From positions 623,580-687,579 of the forward strand of contig RHPI01001965.1 in the NCBI GenBank assembly GCA_009103225.1: 64,000 nt of DNA, written 5' to 3'. The stretch's first letter is position 1. Every line of letters begins with the position of its first letter. Below are positions 1 to 12,507 of this stretch, piece after piece. Under the pieces are notes generated by a model that was not told where the DNA came from, searched no databases, and saw only the letters and a list, made by a program, of their open reading frames with translations. Both the position numbers and the translations under genes were made by a program. The DNA is from Chlorokybus atmophyticus. Lineage: Eukaryota; Plantae; Mesostigma and Chlorokybus algae.

Positions 1-1146
1 TGTACGGGCACGCACTAAAGTAGGTCAGAAGCTCCCTCGTGATCTCGCACAAAAAGTTGAGGGCCACCGCATGTTCATTACCCTCATGAAGGAGCGGCAC
101 AAGTATGCCTCCAGTCAGGTCGTCAACATGGATGAAGTTCCAGTCACGGTGGACATGCCCGCGACTCGCACGGTCAACCAGCAAGGCAGCCGCACTGTCA
201 CCATGAAAACAACAGGTGAGGCATGCATGCGCATGCAATCATGCAATCATTGCATGCTGAGGCACACACGTGTGAGTGGGTCGAGGCGGTGATGCGCAAG
301 CGGCCGAAGCGGGTTTTTGGCACGAGAGCGCTGCTTGTCTGGGATTCCTTTTCAGCACACATGTGTGAGTCCGTGAAAGCAGCAACGCAGGCTGGCGGTA
401 TCGATCAAGCTGTCATTCCGGGTGGGTGTACGCCTATTCTTCAACCTTTGGATGTAGGGGTGAACAAGCCTTTCAAAGACATGCTTCGTGCAAATGTGAG
501 TTGCTAAAATGTGCATGTGCTGATGTTGTGAGGAGTGCACAACTCACACGCTAGGTTGCATGTAAGTTTGTGTGCGTACCACCTGGGTGAGCTGCTCTTG
601 GGTAAGGTTGCAATAACGGTTGTCATCTTAGGTTGTCAGTCATGATTAACATTGTGCTTTGTTGGTGTATGCAGTGGGCGTTGTGGATGGCAGACCCAGC
701 CAACCATTCCTACACTGCAGGCGGCAACTTGCGGCACGCGGACTGGTCAACCGTAGTGTCGTGGGTGCATCAGGCTTGGGAGGAGTTGTCAGTGCAGACC
801 ATCATCAATGCGTTCAAGAAGGCGGGCGTGTGTGAAGCTGATTGGACCCCGGAGCAGGTCGTTGATGACAATGCGGACAATGTCGTCGATGTAGATGAGT
901 TGCCGCTGGAGGTACAGGAAGAGCGTGTGATCTCAGAGTTGGAGAAGTTGCGTGTGCGCGATGAGGCCAATGCTTCAAGGGCTAACCATATCGAGCTGTC
1001 CAGTGATGAGAGCGAGCTTGATAGCATGTGTACTAGCAGTGATGATGATGCACAGGAGGATGACGGTGATGACTCTGATATGATCTTGTGTGGTGAGAGA
1101 TTACTTGAATTGGATGTTGTTGCTAGCATGTGTGATTCCCTCGCAC

Positions 1147-1178
<32 letters not shown>

Positions 1179-1337
1179 GCGCACACAGCAGGCAGCGCGC
1201 GTTATATGTCAATACAGTCCCCCTCAAGGAGGATACTAAAATGGGGGGGGGACTCTAAGGTCAAAACACAGTCCCCCCCCCAAATTTGCTGGGGGGGACT
1301 GTGTTCGGGGGGGGACTGTGTTGGGGTAAATACGGTA
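1..1337 (+). mobile_element. Pogo/Tigger-type (DDE_1) DNA transposon, 3' part, internally deleted and spliced transposase remnant
   Basis: Translated segments VVNMDEVPVTVDMPATRTVNQQGSRTVTMKTTG, ALLVWDSFSAH...VIPGGCTPILQPLDVGVNKPFKD and VVSWVHQAWEELSVQTIINAFKKAG are pogo DDE_1 motifs. The region between KTTG and WVEAV appears missing. The terminus GGGGTAAATACGGTA (1323-1337) is the reverse complement of the pogo-type end TACCGTATTTACCCC and ends in TA. Confidence 0.85.
1142..1187. repeat. Alternating purine-pyrimidine tract (CA)n(CG)9(CA)n
   Basis: Read directly; (CG)9 at 1164-1181. Confidence 0.9.
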
Positions 1338-2880
1338 CTCAAATGGTTAGGTACTTAGAAATTATGGCCGCATTAGTGGTAAAGGCTCTACCGTAAAGCC
1401 CTGCTAGACTCTGCAAGAAGTTACGGCTAATCTGCCCAGACCGAAGTTAGCTCAAGTCATTTTATAAGCGTTTTCACCACACTTCACCCTTTGAGAGAGT
1501 GGTGCAAACGCGCCTGTTAATTATTTGGTAAACCAAGAAGTGCACCGAATAGCCCATCCCGTCAGCTTTCCAACAAGCCTACCCACGACCCAAACGGACA
1601 AACAATGCGCCCGTACCGGCTATTCTTAATTAGGTGTCCGAAGTATGCAACACTTACCCTAGTGTGACTCTACATCATCTTGTGGTTCAACACCAATTTA
1701 TCCACATGCGGCCCTTGGAGTTTTGTGAAACGGAATTTACCTAAATTCAAAATTCATCATAAATGTTTCATGAATAGTTCGTAGTAATACCATCATCGCA
1801 GACACACAATGCATTCTTTCTTGTGATTGACATTTGCATGCTTATGTGTTTCACGGGGAAGGCGAGTAGTGTAGTGGTAGTGTATATATATAATTTGTCT
1901 CGGTGGTGAATTACATAGCATGCCGTGTGCTATGTATGATTAATGAATGCCACCGTGTGTATAGCTATACATGACACCCCTTGCATGCAACATATGAAGC
2001 GTAACATCTTTTGTATACTTGTTGGAAGATTATCTCTTTATAAAGGCGACAAATCCGCATTTGCGCATGAAGATACAACAAGGGACATTAGGCTCACATT
2101 ACGCCAATTTTTAGGCATCTTAAAACGCATTATAGCGTACGGATGATTACGCGATGATGACGCATGATGTTGCCTCGTGGCGAGGGCAACATCATCCTCT
2201 GCATATGTGAGCTCCACCTATAAACATCTTAGCAATGGGAAGTGGATGCTGCTAACAAGGTCGCGCTATGCGCAGCTGCCCACAAAATCACGCGCTTGGG
2301 TGTATACCTCGTACCACAGGTATTGGGCACCAGACTTACTGTGCGCCTACTACCGAAATGTCCAAGCTCGTGTGCGGTGTGGCAATCATGTTGTCTCAAG
2401 TGTGGGTGCATGAACCTCCTTGTCCTCACATGGATGCGGTGCTATCGCCGTCTGTCCTTCCAAAGGTAATGGCCATCCATCAGCAGAAACACAATAATAG
2501 TAATCCTCACTGCCCCGCCGGCTATGTAGCGATCAAGATTCTCCAGGGGCACTAGCAGATTCACAGACGGTTGCAGGCACTTAGCCCGGCAGCGGGCAGT
2601 TCTTTGCTGCACGAGAGCAGCAATGGGTTTAATAAGGCACAAAGGTAGAGAGGCCGCAGGTTTTAACGAATGGAAGCCGAGCAGGGCACGGCCAAGCAGG
2701 GCATTGACGAGCACAGTGCGTTAACATGCACCTGCTTTATGCGGTGGGCCTAATGCACCCTTTGTTACAAGCTATGCTCCCTGCAAGTGTTGGTGATACA
2801 CATGCTGTTGTTACCCAACTTGCTGCGACAAGTGCTCTAGTCAACCCCATCACCGTGCTCAGATGACCCACAGTCACACT

Positions 2881-5817
2881 TCATACTGCACGCAATCGCC
2901 CAAGGGACTCTGCGTCTGAAGGCTGCCCAGAAGAAGAGCTATGCCCACTACCATAACCAAAGTCATTGGTTACAGTATGCAATGCTTTGCGCTTCTGCTG
3001 CCGACTGCTCTCGACTACGAGTGCTGAGTATGCTGATGACGCTAAGCTGGGCTTGTACTTAGTCCGTACGCCAATGAACACCACAGTGCACAAGAGCACA
3101 GTGATTGCGCACGATCGGAACAAAACAACTGCACGAACGCACGCCATAAGCATGCAATCTTGATACACCAAATGTTGCACAAGTGACACACGTCTCACCT
3201 GCACCAAAATGGTCGTACACAGTGCCACCAATCAACGAACCCACGCCGAAGCCCAGCCCAAATATGCAGCTGGTCATTATGCTCTGCATGGTGCTTTCGA
3301 GCCCAGGCGGCGCCAGCTCAGACGACTGCAATGTGCCGGAGGCATACGCGCAGCCAAATGTGATGCCGTGCAATGGCTCCACGAACAACACCGTCCAGGC
3401 TGAAGGCATGATGGAATAGAAACCCAGCCTGCGCAACACATACCACATTCAACAATGACATGTTGATGCCGGGCAAGCAATGAGTGCTGACCAACACTGC
3501 CAGGAGATGGTACCTTACGAAGTAACAGAGAAGTACCAATACAAGCGTGCCTTGAATGGTCAAGAGTTCAATAATCCTGCCGCTGAAGAACAACACAGGG
3601 ACTTCCGCAATGCATGTGACGGTCAGCGACAGTCCCATCAAGGTTTTGGAAGCGTGGAGCTCCTGCAGGTATAAAAATAGGTAGTTTTCAATTATTCCCA
3701 TGCACGCTCCGATGACGCACATGATGGCGTAGAAGCTCGCGGTGTAGATGTCCTTGACTACGACCGAGAAAGCCTCGATGTAATGTTGCAAAAAGGTCGG
3801 GGCTGCAATTGTGGGCGCTCTTGCTCGCGAGCGCAACATTGGCTCATCATCGCTGGACGTAGCCCCAGAAACGTTGCCATTATTAGACTCGACTTGAAGC
3901 TCTGTTGTCGGGAGCTTCACGAGTGTAACCCTTTTGCGAAACGGATATATTGTCGCCAGCGCCATCGTCATTGCAGCAACTGCGACACACAATCGCGCTT
4001 GCTTGAGCATGACCTTTACACGCCAACACTTCTTATATCGACAATGGATCTATGTTGTTTCCCTATCCTTGACAAAGTGTAATATAAGGTCATCTGGCAG
4101 TGTGCTGCCGAACGACTTGTACTCACTGATGATGTGCATGTAGAAGAGGGAATTCATGGCAGTTGCATCGATGACAGCGCCCGTGATAAGGCTGAAAGTG
4201 CCCCAACCTACGGCTCCCCACGCTCGCTGCCACGCCACATTCGTCAGCTCAACGATATGCGACTGGTGATTTCTCAGCTACTCCCACTGTGCAGCTTCCG
4301 CATGCTACAATGTCTCATCTGCACATGCGCATGAGGTGCTTGCCTTAACTGTGTATAATCAGTTCAAACGAACAAATATGTGTGCAGCTGATGACGATGA
4401 GCGCATGATGACACAACACCCACCTGCTTGCCAAAATCGCCCTTGTTCTCCAGTATGTCGAGCGCCCCCGAGTCCATCAATGGAGCAGCTGTTGAGTTGA
4501 AAGACTGCCGACATAATACATTCTCCGTTAGCGAGACGAACGTCTTTTCTCTCAAACTCAGCTGAGTTGACTGTTGCTTGCCTCAGACCAAATGACAAGC
4601 AGCAGCAGCGGCCAGAAGCCTCGCGGGTATTTGGTGCAGAAGCGTGCCACCGTCGCCACTGCTAGGGTGCCAAAAAGGATGTACTGCAAATATCACATAC
4701 TCAGTGCAAAGCAAGGCACTGTTACATCCACAAGTCGTCACGCAGAACAGCAAGACAACCTTTTTGTGACCAGTTCTGTCGGCGAGCGCACCCCACAACG
4801 GAGCAGTTGTGGCCGAGACAAAAGGGCGTACCTAGTTGCATGCGAACAACAAGCATGAAGTAGCAGCGCGTACAACCGTTGCTTCTGCAGGCCTTCTCAC
4901 ACATTGTCGAACATGGGTGGGGTTCAGGGGTTCAGCTTCATAGCTAATGCAAACTACTAGTTATATACTGCATGCATTGCAACTCCTGCTGAACTTATAC
5001 TCTCAGCCCACTACTGCATATTGCATGCCATGTTCAAGCTCAAACAGAGCTCCAGCCGCTACCTCTTGGGCAAGCTGGTAGCCTAAAACTATTAACTGGA
5101 TGCGTACAACCGTCAAACAGCCCGGGGGGGGGGATGGCATTATATAATGCNNNNNNNNNNNNNNNNNNNNNNNNNNNNNNNNNNNNNNNNNNNNNNNNNN
5201 NNNNNNNNNNNNNNNNNNNNNNNNNNNNNNNNNNNNNNNNNNNNNNNNNNNNNNNNNNNNNNNNNNNNNNNNNNNNNNNNNNNNNNNNNNNNNNNNNNNN
5301 NNNNNNNNNNNNNNNNNNNNNNNNNNNNNNNNNNNNNNNNNNNNNNNNNNNNNNNNNNNNNNNNNNNNNNNNNNNNNNNNNNNNNNNNNNNNNNNNNNNN
5401 NNNNNNNNNNGGGGGGGGGGTATTGGTAACGTATACCTGCTACTTACCCCAGTGAGAATGCCGATGTACGACTCTGATATTCCAATCATCTTGTAGTAAA
5501 CTGCACCCACACAATGCATGCCCAATGGTTAAGTACCATGCTCTAGCATGTCAAAAGCAAGCAGGTGCAAGCATTGAACACGCTCAGGCAGAGGAGCAAC
5601 CATGCTGCAGCCGTGGTCTGTTGTTGCTTCTACCAATACTATGTACAAGTCACAATAGCAAAGAAACAATGCTAGCTGCCAAACCTGGCAGGTAGGGCAG
5701 CACGCACACAAGGCTTCCGAAGTACCCGCAGTATGCTGCCTTCACCACTAGCAGCCGCCTGTTCACGCCTGGCCACCATCCAGCTTGGTGATGATCATGA
5801 TGCTCGTCGTCCACCAT
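2881..5817 (-). CDS. MFSD6-like major facilitator superfamily transporter (multi-exon)
   Basis: Exons give MVDDEH...NRRLLVVKAAYCGYFGSLVCVLPYLP|VYYKMIGISESYIGILTG, WGALADRTGHKKVVL, QRAWGAVGWG, GIIENYLFLYLQELHASKTLMGLSLTVTCIAEVPVLFFSG and VEPLHGITFG...FGLGFGVGSLIGG, with GT-AG junctions. ATG at 5817, stop at 2881. Confidence 0.88.
5151..5410. other. Assembly gap (N run) inside an MFS gene intron
   Basis: 260 Ns. Single Ns also occur at 21263 and 37681. Confidence 0.99.
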
Positions 5818-5973
5818 GGCTCCAAGCGAACATGCGCCGCACCCTCACAACCACCGCCGCCGCTTCTCCCACTCTGCTGACGCTTGAGCTGGCTACTGTA
5901 CGTGTGTCAGCTGCTGCTTATTGGCGGCGGCGGCATTGAACTGGAGCGGAACGCCGTGGAAGGAAGGGAAGGC

Positions 5974-7367
5974 ATGCCGAAGAAAGGCAAGACAGGCTTG
6001 CTTACAGAGTCGCGTCTGTGTGTTGGTTGCAGAAGTGCAGCGTTTACAAGCTGGTCTGGGCCAGGGATGCTGCACTGAACCCAGCTGCTGCTGCCCGCAG
6101 TGCCCGAGAGGCAATTGCTTTGTTTACTATTTGTGCAACATGCAGCATTGCTAACCTACTTGCTCGCTTGTCTGCTTGCCTGCCCTCCTTGCTTATAGCA
6201 TTGGTCCAAAGTAGTTCGAAGCAGCTGCGGCTGGCTGCCTTGTGAACTTTTGCTTTACACGAACAGCGTCATTGAAAGCATACTGACGGCTCTTGCGGCA
6301 TGCATGCACATGTGCTTAAGCACTGCTGGGACATTCATACATTGCAGCAAAGCATGCGCAAAAACTCTACAATACTTGTCGGACTTGCGGGTAGTTGATG
6401 CATTGAATCACGCAGTGAAAAATAGTTGGGAGTACCGAGTGAACCACAAGCTCCCCGCCAACGATCTCGCGGCCGCGGCGAGCCTCCTGAGCGTGGTCCA
6501 TCTCTTCAAGGGAGTGCCCGAGCAGGAAGAGCGCGCGGACGTGTACTGGCGCACTCCCGACAACATTTCCCTCAAAGAGCGCGGAGGTGGTGCCGACCTC
6601 CTTGAACTAAAGGTACACACCACTGTGCTGGTTATTCGGCACAGACTGAAACTACGTGTATCTGGAAATAACAACACACCTATACCATATGTACAGTAGC
6701 AGTTCAAGTGACCACACCCATCAATAATAGTAACTACACTCTCACCAGTGACACCCACTGGCAGACCACCTCCAAGCACTGGAGGTGGTCTGCCAGTGCT
6801 TCTGAGAACAAAAGCAATCCATAATGCCATCAAGCTACCAAGCTGCCAACCCAAAGCCTGCAACGCATTTGTTTCTACTCAACTGTAGACCACTTTGCCG
6901 CCAAAGTGGTCTACAGTTGAATACCAACATACAACATTGACTGCATGTGACAGGTTTGCAAGGCGCAGCATCCTCAGTGCTTTGGGCTGGAAGATTGGGT
7001 GAAGCATGCTGTGGACGGGCAGGCGGACTTGGAAAGCAAGCTGTTGATGGAGGGGCTGCATCCGACTGCGCTGACGGACTCCCTGGCATCGCCTCTGCGC
7101 ATCATCACGCGCAAGCGACGTGTGCAGGCCAAAATGTCCATTGCTCAGGGCGTCAAGCTGGAGCAAACTGATTTGGTCATTGAATTTGTTGGCACAAACA
7201 TCCCGCCCTCGCACTGGCGAAGCATAGCTCTTGGCGGCAAGGCTCCTGAAAGCCTGCAAGCTGCCCTCCCAATGCTTGCCCAAGCGGGTCTCCCCAACTC
7301 CAATGCGAGCACCGTGTTTGTAGGAGCATACCCCGCGCTCTTCAACTACATCCTGCAGGGAGGATGA
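5974..7367 (+). CDS. CYTH-like domain protein, 207 aa, model join(5974..5986,6416..6612,6954..7367)
   Basis: Exon lengths 13+197+414=624 nt, phase-consistent. Protein reads MPKKVKNSWEYRV...EERADVYWRTPDNISLKERGGGADLLELKVCKAQHPQCFGLEDWVK, matching the E-x-R / R-x-D-x-Y / LKxRG / LELK / ExWxK pattern of bacterial CYTH-like proteins. First intron is GC-AG. Confidence 0.65.
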
Positions 7368-8145
7368 AAGCTGAAGTAATGCAACTCTGAAGGTATGGTT
7401 GTTGATTGCCGTTGAAGTTTGTTGGCTCGGCAGCAGCGGCTATAACATCAAGGGCTGGTGCTGCAGTGCTCAGCAGAAACTGCTCACAAGAGATACAATA
7501 AGATTGACAAGGAAACCTGCCCTTACGCGGATCTCCATTAGTATCTTTTTACTAATATAGCGTCGAGATGCGCCGCACAGCCAGATGTTTTGTGTGTTGG
7601 TGCCGCACTACTGGTACAAGCTGAGCCACGGACGGCATGCAGCTCTTAGCTAAGTCAGGTTGCACCCTTACGTCAACTGCTAGTCGTTGCATAGAGAGTA
7701 TATAGCTGCCAAGGCAGTAGTCTACTTATTGCAATAGTCTGCTTAATGGTGAGTACCAGGATGATTGAGCTTTGTACGAACCAGTGCACACATCATCATG
7801 ACTGATAGCAGCCTCACACCTGCGGTGTCAAATTATGGACATATATTCGTGCTGTTACATTGTGAAATCAGGCAACTCGCAATGCTACTCCATGCAGGGA
7901 TGTGTGAACAGTCACCAGCAACTCAGCAGCCAGGTGTCGACCGACCCATTGATGTGCAAACGAGGCATTCTGCCAAAGCTGCAGGCCAGGCCCAAATGTA
8001 TAAAAGCCCAAAGCTGAACACTGCACACTACTATGATATATAAACAACGGGTCCTTTAAGTATACACAACCAACCATTATTTGGTCTAAGTGGCGCACGT
8101 AACACATTGCTGCTTATTGACACTAAACGTCAACACCACTGACCA

Positions 8146-11100
8146 TCAATTAATGTGCGCAAAATGGTTAGACTTGGCCATCATGTCGTCCAAGTCGACC
8201 CAGTGGTTGCCGTTGTTGTCAGACCTAACATCGCGGTTGAGCTGCATCTGCTCAGCCAAATTGTTCATCCTGTCAAGCCCCTTGACACTCTGAAGCAGGA
8301 TGCCATCATGGCCATTGCCGTTGCCATGGCCGTTCGGCTGCAAGCGCTCCATTCTGCTCCTCCACAGCTGCGCAGCATTTGTGATGAGCTCTGCTGCCGC
8401 GTCTGTGCCCATCCCCAACATCTGACTGATCTCCTGAACGCGCTCGTGCTCGGAGGTCAGGTTCTGAATTGCCGTGATGGCACGACCGTCATCAGTCTTG
8501 TGCTTGACCACCTTGAGGTGCTTGTCGGCGAACACAGCCACCTGCGGGAGATGTGTCACGCACAGCACCTGCGTGTTGCCAAACTCCGAAAGTCGGCGCA
8601 GTGCGTCTCCCACGCGAGAGCCCAACCGACCACCCACACCGCTGTCCAACTCGTCAAAGACAGCAACAGGCGAACCAGCTGTGCCCGAAGCACCTGTTGA
8701 CACATCACTCAGTCAACATCACCTACGATTAACATTTAATGCACTGAAAGTTACTGCTTTGCACTCTCGACAACTCACCTGGTGTGGTCTTCAAGGCAAG
8801 CATGATGCGGGCGCTCTCTCCACCGGATGCAACATGGGCGAGGGGGCGGAGGGGCTCGGCCGGGCTGGCGGCCAGAAGGAAGGTGACGCTGTCGAGGCCG
8901 TTGGAGGTGTACTTGTACAGGGCGTCCGGCTCTTCCCCGAGCTGTTCTGCCTCACCGACTCTGAATGAGTTGGACCCGCTGCCCCAGAGCGGCACATCCC
9001 CGTTCTCGCCGCCATCCAGACCCAAGCCCATTACACGGTAAGCCGAGGGGTCCGCCTCAGTCCAGTTGATCTTCACATGGAACTGGCTACCCTCCATCCC
9101 AAGCTGGGCGAGGGAGCTCTCAACGGCCTGCTTCAGCCCGCTCACAGCCTCGCGCCGGCGGCGGCTCAGCTCCACTGCCGCCTCGCCCATCTGCCGCGCC
9201 AGCTGCCTGCGCTCGTGCACAATCGACTCCTTTCGCTGCTGCAGATTTTCGAGATCGTCCAGTGTGGACTGCGCCTCCTCTGCCGCAAGTAGCAGTGCGT
9301 CAAAGCTGGGTTGCCTGTACCGGTACTTCAACTTGTCAAGGTCCTTCAGACGCTTGGACACCACGTCATAGCGACGATCTGAGAACTGCGTCCCCATCGC
9401 AAACGTCTCAACCCGAGACTCCGCCTGCACATGCAAAGACATTGGTTTACTCCACGCAGATGCAACAAGTTGCCAGCAGCGCATAGCATGCGTCATGCCA
9501 CTGCATGAGAACGAAGGCAAGGCCAATGACCGGTATGTACCTCCATCAGCAGGGTCTCTGCCTGCATGACCAAGTCAAGCGCGTCGTTGATGAGCTTGGC
9601 GCCGTCATCCTCCTCCAGTAATTCCTCTTCTTCTGCCAGCTCATCATTGTCATCGTCAGGAGGCGGCCCCTGCTGCTCCGCCTGCAAGCCCTGCAGCTCC
9701 CGCGTGATGGCCTTCAGAGTGCTGTACACGCTCCCCGAGGATCCGTGACTGGTCACCACCCCGGCAGAGAACGCAGAGTGCGCACGCTGGCAAGCTTCAA
9801 TGGTGGCACGGCTGTTTTCAAGCTGCCTCAACTCCGCACGCAACTTGACTTCCTCTCCCTGAATTATGTTCGCCGCAGCAACGTCCTGTAGACAGTTGCA
9901 TGCATGAATAACATGGCTGCTTGAAGGCATGACTGGTATGCATAGAAGCGGAGAGGACACTTGCATGTAAAACTTAGGTGCAAGTTCACTATGGCTTACC
10001 TCGATCAGGTCCATCAGATCATCGGCATCGGTGTTGGTGGCACGGTTGATCTGTTCAGCAGCTTCACCAAGGGAGCGCGCCTTGAGGGCAAGCTGTGCAA
10101 ACTCCATGGCCGCCTGCGTGGTGCCGGCATAGCGGTCGAGCAGGGCCAGTTGGGCACTTTCGCTGAGCAACGTGTTCTGAACGTTCTGCCCGTTGATGTC
10201 AACAAGGGCAGATCCAAGCGCGCGAAGCACCCGCAGGGGGACGATCACGCCATTAACGCGGCAGATTGTCTTCGCACGAACATAACCGGAAGAGGTCATC
10301 CCATTTGACGTGCTCGGCTGATCGTCAAGGACAATCTCTCTACGCAAATACAGCCGGCAGCCGTCCTGGCTGAGAGAAGCAGTCGGCAGAGCACTCTCAT
10401 AGTTGGCGAGCACGCTCTTTATAGCACGAATCTGGTGCCCCGCAACAAGGACTTCACCCTCTATGAGAGCACTTGTTGCAGGAGGACGCACGCAATCATC
10501 TATGAGGGGAGCTCCAAGCAGCTGCAGATGATTTCGGTTAGCAAACAGACGGACAGCTTAAGCGCAAGACTGTGGACCACATGCTGATCAAAGAGACACA
10601 AGGTTACCCGGCTGGCAAGATGAAACACAGCCAAGCTATGCTGAGATGGTCACCTGAGAAACAGCGCCCAACAGGACGGATTTGCCGGCACCACTCTCGC
10701 CAGTAACAACATTCAGCCCGGGCAAGAACTGCACCATCTGTTCTTCTATCAATGCAAAGTTCCTGAGAACACAGAAGACGTATCAGACCCATGCTTTCAC
10801 GCTTTCAAAGGTTTCCCCACTGCCTGTGTCAATCAACATCATAGATGCCTGCTTGATATTATTGTAGACAACAGGCATGGCGCTAACCAGTGCTGTGCAA
10901 GATGGTGCCACAAGAAGGATAGCGACCACTGACATCGCCCACACGCAACTAGAATTGTCTGCCATTTCCAGCAAAACACGTTCTTGACGGCAAAAAGGCA
11001 GCAGCGTTGAGTGTGATGCTTGCTTGCTCACCTGATGTTGATGCCACGGATGTACGTGTGGTGGATGGGAAGCATGAAGTCGGCGTCCGAGGCGCCGTTG

Positions 11101-11492
11101 GTCATCATGGACGAGGCGGAGAAGGCCTTCCTGGCTCTGCCTCTGGGCTTCCTGGGGGAGCTTGGGACGGGAGAGGCGGCGGTGGCCGGGGGTGGCGGTT
11201 GCGTTGCTGCCGGGACAGGCATGTGCGGACCGGAGGCGGTGGCTCTGATCGTGGTGGAGATGGTGGAGGTGGAGGTGGAGGATGACGAGCCAGCTGCAGC
11301 GGAGAGGCGCCGAAGCTGAACCTGAACCTGCGCCCACTGCAAGCTGTTGCCGCCAGCCTTCCACGCAACCCCTCCCTCATGCACCGGCAGCTGCCTCCCT
11401 GCAACCCGCCTGCCCAGCCGCCCCAGCGCCGCTGCCGTCGCCATCGCGGCCGGCACCGCTGCCGGCACGGCGGCCGCCGCCGACGTCGGCAT
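8146..11492 (-). CDS. recN: DNA repair protein RecN (bacterial SMC-like ATPase) with long N-terminal leader, multi-exon
   Basis: IRGINIR|NFALIEEQMVQFLPGLNVVTGESGAGKS (Walker A), PLRPLAHVASGGESARIMLALK (signature), AVFDELDSGVGG (Walker B/D-loop), QVLCVTHLPQVA and ERVQEISQMLG. The exon 1/2 junction (11032 to 10762) is phase-consistent. Confidence 0.92.
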
Positions 11493-12507
11493 GCCTGCTG
11501 CCGCCGCCTCACAACCCCCACCTCCACAACCCCACTAACTAAGCTCCCAAACACACCCCTGACCTACCCCACACCGCCGCCCGAGCTGCCGCCGCCGCCG
11601 CCGCCAACTACAACCACAACTACAGGCCTACGGATGGCAGCGACAAGCACATGCGCGAGCAGAGGAGAGTCTCCGCCACAGGCCAGGCTAGCAGAGCCGC
11701 AGCCTCAGCCGCAGCCAGCATGGCTAATGAAAAGCAAAAGTGCAGTTGTGTGGCAAATTTAGCAATTGCATGAGACTGTCTGCCACTGATTTAGACACGA
11801 CTACGGTGAGACACCGTGTACAGAGCTGCCCGTTGAGGGATAGATTGGGATTTCGTTGTTGTGAATTTCATGCATTCCGGGCTCGCGGAGTGAAGCTGAG
11901 CCACAAATCATGGGCGTGGAAGGCGATTTAGGACGGCAGCAATCACACGTGGCGTAGGGAAAAGGGAGTGGGGCCCACTCAGTGGGCAGCGGAATTACCA
12001 CGCATAAAGTGTGGCCCACACTTTATGTCTCGGTACTCAATGGATATGCATCCCACCCATTATCCGGATCGGTTGTTTGCTAGCAACGGGTCGTTAGTTA
12101 TTGTCTGCGAGCTGACTTTGCGCCGTACGGATACGGGCTAAACGGAATCGGCTTTCCTCAACGACGGCCTGCCGCTGCCTGTACGACTGTGAGGTTCCCA
12201 TGGCTAATTCGGGGACAACCTCCAAACTCTTGCCTACATCTTATCGCAGTCCACTAAGCTTTGCAAGGATTGCTGCGGGGTGCGGTAGAATTTCTACCGC
12301 AGCATCCACATTCTGCGCCTGAGTTTCCAAGCCACGAGTCTGGCTTGTCACTGACAAGTTGCCACGCACGGGGAAAAGTTTCCCGACGACAAGTCAGACT
12401 CGTGCATGGTATGAGCCGGTTCTGTCGGCGGCCGTTGCAACGGACCAGTCTCGACCCCGATCGCGGGCGCTCAGCTCGTGATCAGGCGCCACGTGATCTG
12501 GACTCAG

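Noticed and set aside
5040-5525. ORFs containing X runs
   Set aside because: They read through the N gap; only the short MFS exon near 5450-5500 is real.
11900-12030. G-box and site II (GGCCCA) motifs between RecN and HisC
   Set aside because: Short motifs expected by chance; no evidence of function from sequence alone.
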